From the NCBI GenBank assembly GCA_964535155.1, contig CAZHSR010000001.1, positions 13,896 to 53,693 of the forward strand: a stretch of 39,798 nt of DNA. The letters are read 5' to 3'. This document shows, piece by piece, positions 20,034 through 29,057 of this stretch (position 1 is the stretch's first letter; the number at the start of each line of letters is the position of its first letter). The DNA is from an uncultured Candidatus Saccharibacteria bacterium (lineage in GTDB: Bacteria; Patescibacteriota; WWE3; UBA101185; UBA10185). The position numbers and the translations under genes are program-made. The notes under the pieces were generated by a model. The model saw only the letters and a program-made list of their open reading frames with translations, did no database searches and was not told the origin of the DNA.

Positions 20034-21156
20034 AGGAATCCGCGACAACTGATGCCAAAAATGTAGAAATAGGGACAGCCAAAATCAAGCCAGTGCTACC
20101 CAGCAAAGTGCGCAAAACCTCATCCGCTATGATTTCTCGATTAAAAGTAAGCATTAAAGGCTCTGACAGCCCGGGATTATTATTGCTATTGTTATTTAGA
20201 AACAGCAACAACAACGGAAGGGATGCCCCTGCATAAACCAAAACCAAAGTATTCACCATAGAAGTAATGTGATCCCGCCCAATTTCCATGGCACTTTTAT
20301 AAAGCTCAAAAGTCCCCAAGTTGGCATTTGACTTCTTCAACTGCATAACTACGCTACATTGCGAAACAGTAATATCATCCAAAACGCCTAGGAAACCAAT
20401 AATTATTCCTGCCAACAAAATTCCTCGCATATCTATACCGGAAAAATATTCATTTACAAAGAAAGCCTCTTCGGTGGCAAAACCAGACAAACGCGCCAAA
20501 GAGACCGAGACAGCAGTGAAAATTACGGTAATTACCAGGGCCACAAGGGTACTAACAATGGCAACATGCGTCTTTTTGTTGAAGCCGTGCGACAAATAAA
20601 AAGTAACAGGAATAATTGCAACTGAAGCCAATATTGTGACAAATACTGGATTTCTGCCCAAAATTATTTGAGGCAATATAAATTTAAATATTACAAAAAA
20701 GGAAAAAGCCATTCCTAAAATGGAATATAGACCATATTTTTTTCCAACTAAAAAGGTTAATAAGACAAAAATTGCAAATATAAAGGTTAAGTGAGGGGTT
20801 CTATGATAATCGGTTATTAAATAAACTTTCTGAGGGGATTCTGAAGTAGGGGACAAAGTAAGGGACTCCAACTTCATAAATTCCTGCAAAACCACCTTGT
20901 CGCCCTTCTTAAACTCCAGGTTTCTTGCAGAAACTTCGGGAGAATTTTCTACTGTAACAACATCTCCATTGGAAAGCTTAACTTGCAAGGTCTGAATATT
21001 TTGGCCGTCAACTACAACCGATTTTTCTACAGCCACAACTTTTCCGGTTACACTGGAATTGGGAACTTCTTCTAAAGCCAAGACTTTAGGGGCAACAGAA
21101 AATACTGAAAGAACAAAGATAAAGCAAAATAGTATCTTTGAAAAATAATTTTTCAC
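20032..21156 (-). CDS. YibE/F family membrane protein
   Basis: Signal/anchor plus N-terminal soluble domain, then TM bundle with GFLGVLDDITVSQCS and MEIGRDHITSMVNTLVLVYAG signatures. Confidence 0.75.
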   Translation of the reverse strand: MKNYFSKILFCFIFVLSVFSVAPKVLALEEVPNSSVTGKVVAVEKSVVVDGQNIQTLQVKLSNGDVVTVENSPEVSARNLEFKKGDKVVLQEFMKLESLTLSPTSESPQKVYLITDYHRTPHLTFIFAIFVLLTFLVGKKYGLYSILGMAFSFFVIFKFILPQIILGRNPVFVTILASVAIIPVTFYLSHGFNKKTHVAIVSTLVALVITVIFTAVSVSLARLSGFATEEAFFVNEYFSGIDMRGILLAGIIIGFLGVLDDITVSQCSVVMQLKKSNANLGTFELYKSAMEIGRDHITSMVNTLVLVYAGASLPLLLLFLNNNSNNNPGLSEPLMLTFNREIIADEVLRTLLGSTGLILAVPISTFLASVVADS

Positions 21157-21159
21157 TAT

Positions 21160-23337
21160 CTAAGCCTCCTCCACATCCAATGAGACTGACTCCTTATAAA
21201 ACGCCTCCTCCAACCTTGGCCAAGCTGCGGCAAGTCTAGACATCCTAGCCATATTATCTACAAAAACCCGTTTTGCCATTTCCAGCTCTTTTCTTGCCAA
21301 ATCTGGATTTGTGACCTCTTTTTCAAAGGAACTTGCCACCAACCGCATTGCGTTTAAACCAATTCCAAGTCTTGCCCACGCTGGATGTTTGGCAGAAACA
21401 GGCAAATCTGTTTTCGAGTCCAAATAAATACTTTCCCCAAAGGGGTTACCCGCCTGAACTGGGTGCTTTCCTGTAACAATTTCTCCAGTTGTAATGTCAA
21501 TATCTACTCCAATACGCGCCAGACTACGAAGTTTTGTAATTACATCACTGGAATAAGGCTTCCCCTCAGGATCTAAAATCTGAAAAGAAGCAATGGAACT
21601 AAGCTCATATTCCGTGTCTCTGCCAGTTGTTTCCATCCTAATCCTCTCATCCTTTTGGGCATATTCCTGAAAAGCATCCACCAAAAATTGAGTAGCCTTT
21701 GCAAACACCAAGGAATTTTCTGTAGCGTGTGCCTCTTGTGTATTGTGAAGAGCTGCAAACATTCTTGCCATTGTTGACAAATGAACCGCTAAATCGAAAG
21801 TACCCGCCTCGCCAGAAGTTGCCGCCTCACCAAAAATACCTTCCTCACCAGAATTTTTTAACTGCTCAATAAGAGCAGCCTCAATATCTGCGGGCAAAAA
21901 CCCAACCCCAAAATATTCCTGCAACTGTCTTGGATCAAAAACCTCTCCAGAGACAACATCTGTTTTTAATCTTTGAGAAGCACCTTTTGTTCCAACCGCA
22001 TATCCGCCAAATGGGGGACCATCTTCCGCTTTGGAAGTTGTTGCCATAACCCAACCTTCAATATGAGCCTCTTCCATAAGTCTTATAACCTCCGCGGGGG
22101 ATTTCCATCTTCCTTGGGCACAATCAACCACTAATTCAAATTTTCCTCCTTTTGCAAGATATTTTGAAATTACCTCTCTTTGTTCTGCTTCTATTTCAGG
22201 GGATTCTGCTAAAGTCGCTAAATCCAAAGACTTAATAAAGCTATCCATCTCTTTGTAGACAACTCCGCCTTTACCTGGAACTACTATGCTTTGCGTAAAA
22301 GCTAAAAGGACTGTTTCATCTCCTTCCGCTTTTGCGTCATTCTTTTCCAAAAGCTCCTGCATAGTATCAACCATGTATTTGTAATGCATTTTCTTATAGG
22401 TCTCATACTTAATTGGAGTTCCATTTTCATCCCTTACAGGGACATCTCTCACTTCTCTTTTAGCCTTAAGCAAATCTTCAGCCTTTCCACCAGATACACT
22501 TAAAGGCAAAGGCTCCCCTGTAGCTGCAACTTTTACAGTCCTGCCAGCTTCAGTGGACTGGTTTACAATATTTCCATATGTAATTAGGTACCACAAATGT
22601 GTACCAGAGAGGCCTTCAAAAGCTATGTTTTCCTCCGAATTGGGAAGTTCAACAAGGTTGTTTCTTAGCTTATTTGAAATCACGCGAATTGCTTGATTTG
22701 CCTCGGCCTTTTCCTCCGTCTCTTGGGAATTTTTAGCCATTGCCTCCGCACGAGATAAAAATTGTGCCCAATACACAGTGGATAAAAACATCTCACTATT
22801 TCTTGCCAAAGAATTTCCTGTGGTATTTCCCATCATATAGCCTACTCCTCCCATTAATCGGGAAAAATACTCAATTTCTTCAGGCTTAGTTAAAGTAATG
22901 CCAAGGTTTGTGGCATATTCTGTTGCATAGGCTAGATCCTTAAATCTTTCCAAATCCAAAATTCCGTTAAAGTACTGGTCAATTCCCATTGGGTAAGTCT
23001 CAGCTATTGCTTGTCTTAATTCCGGGGATAAACTTGGTGCCTTACCAAGAGGAAATCCATCAACGAGGGGCTTTTCTGTGGCTGTGGATGCAAGAATTGC
23101 GCTCAATTCGTGGGGAACAATTCGCTTGTCATCACTATAAATATAAGTTGTAAAGGCTTCTAATTGGGCAGCATTCCATTCCGATGGGGAGACAGCCTCC
23201 CAAGAGCCTGCCTCAGCCTCTGGTATTGTAATTCCTATTTCTGTTAGCTCCGCAATTATTTCTTGTTGAATTTGCTCATGAATAGGAGAGATTTTTTCGG
23301 CCTTTTTTGACTCAGGCCTTATGGATTCATCAGGCAT
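21160..23337 (-). CDS. large soluble hypothetical protein (725 aa)
   Basis: Uninterrupted 2.2-kb ORF tightly coupled to the yibE/F-like gene. No motif recognised. Confidence 0.8.
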   Translation of the reverse strand: MPDESIRPESKKAEKISPIHEQIQQEIIAELTEIGITIPEAEAGSWEAVSPSEWNAAQLEAFTTYIYSDDKRIVPHELSAILASTATEKPLVDGFPLGKAPSLSPELRQAIAETYPMGIDQYFNGILDLERFKDLAYATEYATNLGITLTKPEEIEYFSRLMGGVGYMMGNTTGNSLARNSEMFLSTVYWAQFLSRAEAMAKNSQETEEKAEANQAIRVISNKLRNNLVELPNSEENIAFEGLSGTHLWYLITYGNIVNQSTEAGRTVKVAATGEPLPLSVSGGKAEDLLKAKREVRDVPVRDENGTPIKYETYKKMHYKYMVDTMQELLEKNDAKAEGDETVLLAFTQSIVVPGKGGVVYKEMDSFIKSLDLATLAESPEIEAEQREVISKYLAKGGKFELVVDCAQGRWKSPAEVIRLMEEAHIEGWVMATTSKAEDGPPFGGYAVGTKGASQRLKTDVVSGEVFDPRQLQEYFGVGFLPADIEAALIEQLKNSGEEGIFGEAATSGEAGTFDLAVHLSTMARMFAALHNTQEAHATENSLVFAKATQFLVDAFQEYAQKDERIRMETTGRDTEYELSSIASFQILDPEGKPYSSDVITKLRSLARIGVDIDITTGEIVTGKHPVQAGNPFGESIYLDSKTDLPVSAKHPAWARLGIGLNAMRLVASSFEKEVTNPDLARKELEMAKRVFVDNMARMSRLAAAWPRLEEAFYKESVSLDVEEA

Positions 23338-23367
23338 ATAAAAATTGTAACATAGACCCAGAGTCTT

Positions 23368-23510
23368 AAGGATAATCCTTGTGGGGAATCATACTATTGA
23401 TCACAATATAGAGCAAAAATAAGTACTGGGTCAAGGATAATCCTTAGAGAAATTGGCACTTTAGACTATTAATAAAATCTAAACCCTTGCTTTAGGCAAG
23501 GATTATCCTT
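23368..23510. repeat. palindrome array 3: AAGGATAATCCTT 23368-23380 and 23433-23445, AAGGATTATCCTT 23498-23510
   Basis: Read directly; exact 65-bp register. Sits in a divergent intergenic region. Confidence 0.9.
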
Positions 23511-23527
23511 CATGCTAAAATTGACCT

Positions 23528-24664
23528 ATGAAAATAGCAATAAATGGCGAAAGGCTTGGGATTAAGCACTTTGCAGGACCAGAAATTTATACCTTAAACA
23601 TCATTTTGGGGCTTGGCAAAGTTGATAGAGCAAATTTTTACACCATTTTTTTGCACCACCGCCCATCCGATGAGATTTACGCCCAACTAAAACACCTCCC
23701 TCCAAATTTTGAGGTAAAAGTTATTCCCAAGGTTTTTTCGTGGACTCAAGTTAGCCTAGCCCTGGCGCTTTGGACTGCATCCATGAACAAAGCCACAAAA
23801 TATGACGTGCTTTTTTCTGCGGTGCATACAATTCCAATTTTGGCTTTTCCAAGGGTGAAAATGTTCTCTATGATTCATGGACTGGAGTTTAGGACAAATC
23901 AAGAAAGATCCACTTTTCCTTTTCTACTGGGCCTCCCCGAAAAAATTGTGGTAGCACTGTCACATTGGTTAGTGGTGCCGTCACAAGCAACAAAAACCGC
24001 GATTTTGGAATCTAGGTGGAAAATAAGAAATCGCGAGATAACGGTAATTCCCGAAGGAGTGTCCTCAAAATTTTCTCACACTACACAAAATGTGGATGCG
24101 ATTTTGGAAAAATATAAAATTCCGCAAGAGCCATATTTGATTTTTGTATCAACAATTCAGCCTCGCAAAAACTTAAAGTCTATTGTGGAAGCTTTGGCAA
24201 TTTTGAAGCAGAAGCATAATAAAAGGGTGAATTTAGTAGTTTGCGGAAAAAAAGGATGGAATTACGAGGAAGAAATTGCGTCGCCAGAAAAATTTGGAGT
24301 AGGGGAGCAGGTTTTCTTTGCGGGGCGGGTTTCAGATGAAGATTTGATCCCGCTTTTATCTAATGCAAAAGCTTTTATTTCGGCAAGTTTTGACGAAGGC
24401 TTTGGATTGACCGTTTTGGAGGCAATGGCCTGCGAAACTCCTCTTATTATTTCGGAAATTCCCGCACATAAAGCTTTAGCAGGGGATTTAGCTGTTTATA
24501 TGGACCCTTACTCAGTGGAAGATATTGCCAGCAAAGTAAATTCGGTTTGGGAAGAAGCTCCAGAAAGCACAGCGGAAAGGGTGAAAAAGGCAAAGGAGCG
24601 GGCAAATCGATACTCGTGGGAGAATTCGGCAAAACAACTAAAAGAGATTTTAGAAATAAGGTAA
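23528..24664 (+). CDS. GT4 (GT-B fold) glycosyltransferase
   Basis: C-terminal EGFGLTVLEAMACETPLI (EX7E region), typical of Glycos_transf_1. Confidence 0.85.
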   Translation: MKIAINGERLGIKHFAGPEIYTLNIILGLGKVDRANFYTIFLHHRPSDEIYAQLKHLPPNFEVKVIPKVFSWTQVSLALALWTASMNKATKYDVLFSAVHTIPILAFPRVKMFSMIHGLEFRTNQERSTFPFLLGLPEKIVVALSHWLVVPSQATKTAILESRWKIRNREITVIPEGVSSKFSHTTQNVDAILEKYKIPQEPYLIFVSTIQPRKNLKSIVEALAILKQKHNKRVNLVVCGKKGWNYEEEIASPEKFGVGEQVFFAGRVSDEDLIPLLSNAKAFISASFDEGFGLTVLEAMACETPLIISEIPAHKALAGDLAVYMDPYSVEDIASKVNSVWEEAPESTAERVKKAKERANRYSWENSAKQLKEILEIR

Positions 24665-24673
24665 AATGCAAGA

Positions 24674-25774
24674 ATGAAGATAGAACCACCAGTCCCAGAA
24701 AAGCAGAGCGTTGAAGAGATTGCTAAAATCTTTTTGGGAGAGGTAAAAATAACCGAGGTAAAAGATGTCTCGTATAAACAGGGTTGGAGTACAAAATATC
24801 TTTTTGAAATTTATGCGGAGGGGACCCAAGAGAAAGGTGCTAAAATCCCATCGGATAAGGGTAGAAAAGGATACATTTTAAAAGGCAAAACCAAAGAGCA
24901 AAGGAAAGGCTTTATAGAATCCATGAGAATTATGGAATTTTTGCTCAAAAAAGGCTTTCTAGTAAGGCGTCCCATAAAAACTGTTAGGGGTAAAAGCTAT
25001 TCACACAAGATTGCAGTCACAGAATCCACCGGCCACACCGAAGAGATTTACTGGTCAATGACAAGCTTTATTGAAGGCGTTGACAGTCGCGTCTCAAAAT
25101 TCTCGGAGGAGACCGCGGAACAACTTGGAAAAAAAGTTACCACTTATATTGGCTTCACAAAAAACAAAAAATTCTTTAGCAAAATTATGGGAATTAGAAC
25201 CCCTGAAGCAGAAGAAAGATTGAGTTTTTTTAGAAAAGTTGCAAGGCACAAAACCGCTTTAAAAAAGGTTATTCCCAAGGAATTAGAACTTTTTGAAAGA
25301 TGGGCAGATGAAAACGAGCAAAATTTGGAAAAGTTTTTTGTTGGGAAGTCTGCAAAAGCCATTTTACATGGGGATTTAAACCAAAAAAACATTTTAGTTA
25401 CTGGCGACGGAAAGGAAATTGTGGCAATTATCGGTTGGGATCATTGTAAATATGACTACATCTTAACCGATGTGACAACAATTATTAATTTATTTTTTGA
25501 ATATGCGGAGTTCGAGGTTGCTGGAAAATTAAAGGAAGCATATTTGAGGAAAATTTTGTCTAAATTTCCAGAGGAAAAAGCTGTTATAAAGATGATAGGG
25601 GAGTATCAGACTTCCAAAAATAAATGGGAGTCAATTTTGTTTTATGCGGGTTTGATTGAAGAGTTGGGGGATTCCACGGGGGAATTAAAGCAGTTTACGG
25701 AAAATGTTAAGGGTGAGGCTAAGAAGTGGGTAGGGATTATGGGGTGTTGGGAAAATGATTCTTCGGGAAATTGA
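24674..25774 (+). CDS. aminoglycoside phosphotransferase (APH)/kinase-like fold protein
   Basis: Catalytic loop ILHGDLNQKNILV and metal-binding IIGWDHC. Confidence 0.7.
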   Translation: MKIEPPVPEKQSVEEIAKIFLGEVKITEVKDVSYKQGWSTKYLFEIYAEGTQEKGAKIPSDKGRKGYILKGKTKEQRKGFIESMRIMEFLLKKGFLVRRPIKTVRGKSYSHKIAVTESTGHTEEIYWSMTSFIEGVDSRVSKFSEETAEQLGKKVTTYIGFTKNKKFFSKIMGIRTPEAEERLSFFRKVARHKTALKKVIPKELELFERWADENEQNLEKFFVGKSAKAILHGDLNQKNILVTGDGKEIVAIIGWDHCKYDYILTDVTTIINLFFEYAEFEVAGKLKEAYLRKILSKFPEEKAVIKMIGEYQTSKNKWESILFYAGLIEELGDSTGELKQFTENVKGEAKKWVGIMGCWENDSSGN

Positions 25775-25878
25775 CTTACGCAACCTTTAAAAGTCGTCAA
25801 TTTAAATAATACTCAAATTCATTGATTTTTTTATTAAAAAGAGGTAGATTATGTGAAATCAAACTAAGGAGGTAAGAG

Positions 25879-26160
25879 ATGGGTGGAGAAACGGTTTTAC
25901 CCGTAATGATGGTTCTGTGGATTTTGGGAGCAATATTGGGAGGAGCATTACTTCTCATTATTGCTTTATATGTTCTACGGGTCATATATGAGGGTTCAAA
26001 GTTCGTCCTTGAGTTTAGTTCTGGCATTTTGGAACTTGATATACCACTAGCTATTGGCATGTTCCTTTGGTTTTGTATCTTAAGTTTCGTATTCACAACG
26101 CCCATCGGGTGGTTTATAATTATTCTAACAGGGGTGCTTGAAGTTTTTGACCCAGAATAG
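25879..26160 (+). CDS. small membrane protein (93 aa)
   Basis: Three hydrophobic helices. A strong AAGGAGG lies 8 nt upstream of the ATG. Confidence 0.6.
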   Translation: MGGETVLPVMMVLWILGAILGGALLLIIALYVLRVIYEGSKFVLEFSSGILELDIPLAIGMFLWFCILSFVFTTPIGWFIIILTGVLEVFDPE

Positions 26161-26226
26161 GTTTAGTATCAAAGGTTGGTACTTCCATCAATATTAGGAA
26201 GGACCAACCATCTTTTTTAATTTTCA

Positions 26227-27267
26227 ATGTATAATCCCATAATGAAGGAAAATTCAGATACAAATCTTGGATTTTGGGCGGAGCTTAAAAAAACAAAAAA
26301 GCCATTTTTGGCTTTAGCACCAATGGAAGATGTCACAGATTTTGCTTTTAGAGAAATTTTGGCAGAAACCGCTCCCCCCGATGTATTTTTTACCGAATTC
26401 ACAAATGCAGACGGCTTAATGTCCGCAGGAAGGGAAACTGTTATTAAGCGATTGATGTATTCCGAAAAGCAAAGGCCTATTGTGGCTCAGTTGTGGGGAA
26501 ATAATCCAGAAACCATGCGAGGTGCTGCGACTTTGGTTGCTGAGCTAGGGTTTGATGGAATAGACATAAACATGGGTTGCCCAGATAAATCGGTTGTGAA
26601 AATTGGGGCTGGGTCGGCTTTAATTGAGAATTGGGATTTGGCAAGGGAGTTGATTTTAGCTGCAAAGGAGGGGGCGAAAATTGGCGAGGCGGAAAACCTT
26701 CCAGTGAGCGTTAAGACTAGAATTGGCTTTAACAAAATCGTAACAGAAGAATGGGCAGAATTCCTGCTAAATCAGGGAATTGCCTGTTTGACAGTTCACG
26801 GGCGGACCAAAAAACAGATGTCAAAAGTGCCTGCTAATTGGGAAGAAATAGGAAAAGTTGCAAAGGTACGGGATGAAATGGGAGTTGAGACTTTGATTGT
26901 GGGAAATGGCGATGTGGAAAGCTGGGAAGATGCTGGGGGAAAGGCTGAGGAATTTGGGGTGGATGGTGTAATGATTGGAAGGGGGATTTTTAGTAACCCT
27001 TGGATCTTTGAAAAGGAAGGTGCAAAAAAACATTCGGTTTGTGAAAGTGAAAAAACCAGACACTCTGTTGAAGAACATTTAAATTTATTGCTAAAACACA
27101 CACAATTATTTGAAGAAACATGGGGAAAAGAGAAGAATTTTGCCATTATGAAAAAGTTTTTTAAAATTTATGTAAGAGGTTTTGATGGCGCAAATGAATT
27201 GAGGCAAAGGCTGATGGAATGTGGGTCTTTTGAGGAAATCCAAAGGATAATCCTTAATCAAAAGTAG
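26227..27267 (+). CDS. dus: tRNA-dihydrouridine synthase
   Basis: LAPMEDVTDFAFR, DINMGCP, VKTRIG and TVHGRT motifs of the Dus TIM barrel. The C-terminal codons (QRIILNQK*) run into palindrome 27243-27255. Confidence 0.85.
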   Translation: MYNPIMKENSDTNLGFWAELKKTKKPFLALAPMEDVTDFAFREILAETAPPDVFFTEFTNADGLMSAGRETVIKRLMYSEKQRPIVAQLWGNNPETMRGAATLVAELGFDGIDINMGCPDKSVVKIGAGSALIENWDLARELILAAKEGAKIGEAENLPVSVKTRIGFNKIVTEEWAEFLLNQGIACLTVHGRTKKQMSKVPANWEEIGKVAKVRDEMGVETLIVGNGDVESWEDAGGKAEEFGVDGVMIGRGIFSNPWIFEKEGAKKHSVCESEKTRHSVEEHLNLLLKHTQLFEETWGKEKNFAIMKKFFKIYVRGFDGANELRQRLMECGSFEEIQRIILNQK

Positions 27268-27385
27268 ATTTAAGCTCATACCCTAGGGTAAAAACCCCCC
27301 TTTTAAGAAGGATTATCCTTAACATAAACTCAGATATAAACTATAACAAAAGCCTAAAGTGCAGATGTTCACAAGGATTATCCTT
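27243..27385. repeat. palindrome array 4: AAGGATAATCCTT 27243-27255, AAGGATTATCCTT 27308-27320 and 27373-27385
   Basis: Read directly; exact 65-bp register. Confidence 0.9.
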
Positions 27386-27416
27386 AATCATTATAAAAAT
27401 AGGTTATAATACCGCC

Positions 27417-28916
27417 ATGAAATGGATAAACTTTTTACACTTTTACCAACCTGCCAACCAACAAAAAGACATCTTGGAAGCTGTTGTTAAGCAGAGTTAC
27501 TTACCAATTTTGCAGAAAATCGCAGAACTTCCTAATGTAAACCTTTCCATAAATGTTACCGGTTCTTTATTGGAACTATTTGAAAGGGATGGGTATAACG
27601 ACCTCTTAAATCTTTTGAGAAAATCGGTTAAGGAAGGAAAAATTGAACTTACGGGCTCTTGTAAATTTCATGCACTTATTCCACTAATTCCTGAAGAAGA
27701 AATAAAACGACAAATTCTGCAAAATCAGGAAACAATCAACAATATTTTGGGATTTGAATATAAACCAAAGGGATTTTTTCCCCCAGAAATGGCTTATCAT
27801 CCAAAACTTGACAAAATCATTGAAGAGATGGGATTTGAATGGATCATTATGGATGAAATTGCGCTTTCCCATAATGGGAATTTCCCAGTTTCTGACCGTA
27901 TTTACAAGCTTGACGATACAGATATTTCGATATTTTTTAGGAATCGCCGTGCCAGTAACTTAATCATGAGTGCGGTCGCAAGAGATACAAAAACTATTAA
28001 ACAAGCTTTAGCAGAAGAATTTAAACAGCCTTATTTAGTAACCGGAATGGATGGCGAAACTTTTGGGCATCATAGAATTGGTTTTGAAAAGCTTTTATTT
28101 GAAATTTTGGAGGATGAGAGTTTGGGGGTCACAAGTGGGGAAACGTTTTTAGAAGGCGAAGCAGATAAACTTCCAGTGGAAAAAGTGACACCAAAACCTT
28201 CCACATGGGCAAGCAGCATTCAAGATATTGAACAGGGAATTCAGTTTTTGTCTTGGAGAGACCCAGAAAACCCAATTCACGATCAGCAATGGGAATTTTT
28301 GGACATGGTTTTAAAAATGGTGCAAGACTACACAAAAAATGCGGAAAATTATGAGCAAATTAGGCACAAAATGGATATGGCTTTGGCTAGTGATCACTTT
28401 TGGTGGGCTTCGGCAAAGCCTTGGTGGAGCCTAGAAATGATTGAAGATGGCGCTTTTAGGCTTTTGGATGTGGTCTTGTCTTTGGAAAAAGTTTCGGAGA
28501 ATGTGATTTTTACAGCTTACAAGCACTACATGGGGATTGTTTCTAAAGCAGCCGAGTGGCAACGACAGGGAATTGTTAGAGAAATGGCTGTTCAGCAAAA
28601 TCAGTTTTTAAGGATTCCTTTTAAGGACCGCACATTTGGAATTGGCGGAGTAGAAGAAGGGGTTTATTGGGCATTCATCGATTTGATGAAGGAACAAGAA
28701 AAAGTGGCAGCAAATAATGGAGATTATGAAAAGGCTATTTTATGGCGAGATGCAATTTATAAGCTGGATAAGAAGTTTGACATTTATGACACGATTAATG
28801 TTATTGACCTTTTACGACTGGAAGTGGGAAACGGCCCAGTGGAGGAGACCATTGCCAGGTATAAGAAGCAGTATGACAAATTGCGCGGGGGTCAGCCGGA
28901 ACAACGAGGTGCTTAA
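27417..28916 (+). CDS. glycoside hydrolase family 57-like enzyme
   Basis: GH57-type conserved regions in order: HFYQP, GKIELTGS, FFPPEMAY, MDGETFGHH. Confidence 0.65.
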   Translation: MKWINFLHFYQPANQQKDILEAVVKQSYLPILQKIAELPNVNLSINVTGSLLELFERDGYNDLLNLLRKSVKEGKIELTGSCKFHALIPLIPEEEIKRQILQNQETINNILGFEYKPKGFFPPEMAYHPKLDKIIEEMGFEWIIMDEIALSHNGNFPVSDRIYKLDDTDISIFFRNRRASNLIMSAVARDTKTIKQALAEEFKQPYLVTGMDGETFGHHRIGFEKLLFEILEDESLGVTSGETFLEGEADKLPVEKVTPKPSTWASSIQDIEQGIQFLSWRDPENPIHDQQWEFLDMVLKMVQDYTKNAENYEQIRHKMDMALASDHFWWASAKPWWSLEMIEDGAFRLLDVVLSLEKVSENVIFTAYKHYMGIVSKAAEWQRQGIVREMAVQQNQFLRIPFKDRTFGIGGVEEGVYWAFIDLMKEQEKVAANNGDYEKAILWRDAIYKLDKKFDIYDTINVIDLLRLEVGNGPVEETIARYKKQYDKLRGGQPEQRGA

Positions 28917-29057
28917 GGATAATCCTTTAGCATAATACCATTATTGGCTTTCATACAAACGAAATGTACGCTTTCCGACAAGGATTATCCTTAGCTACTT
29001 TAGTACTTTCTGGCTTTGTAAAAAGGCGAAACCTAGTTTTGGACAAGGATTATCCTT
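28915..29057. repeat. palindrome array 5: AAGGATAATCCTT 28915-28927, AAGGATTATCCTT 28980-28992 and 29045-29057
   Basis: Read directly; exact 65-bp register. Sits between convergent genes and overlaps both gene ends. Confidence 0.9.
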
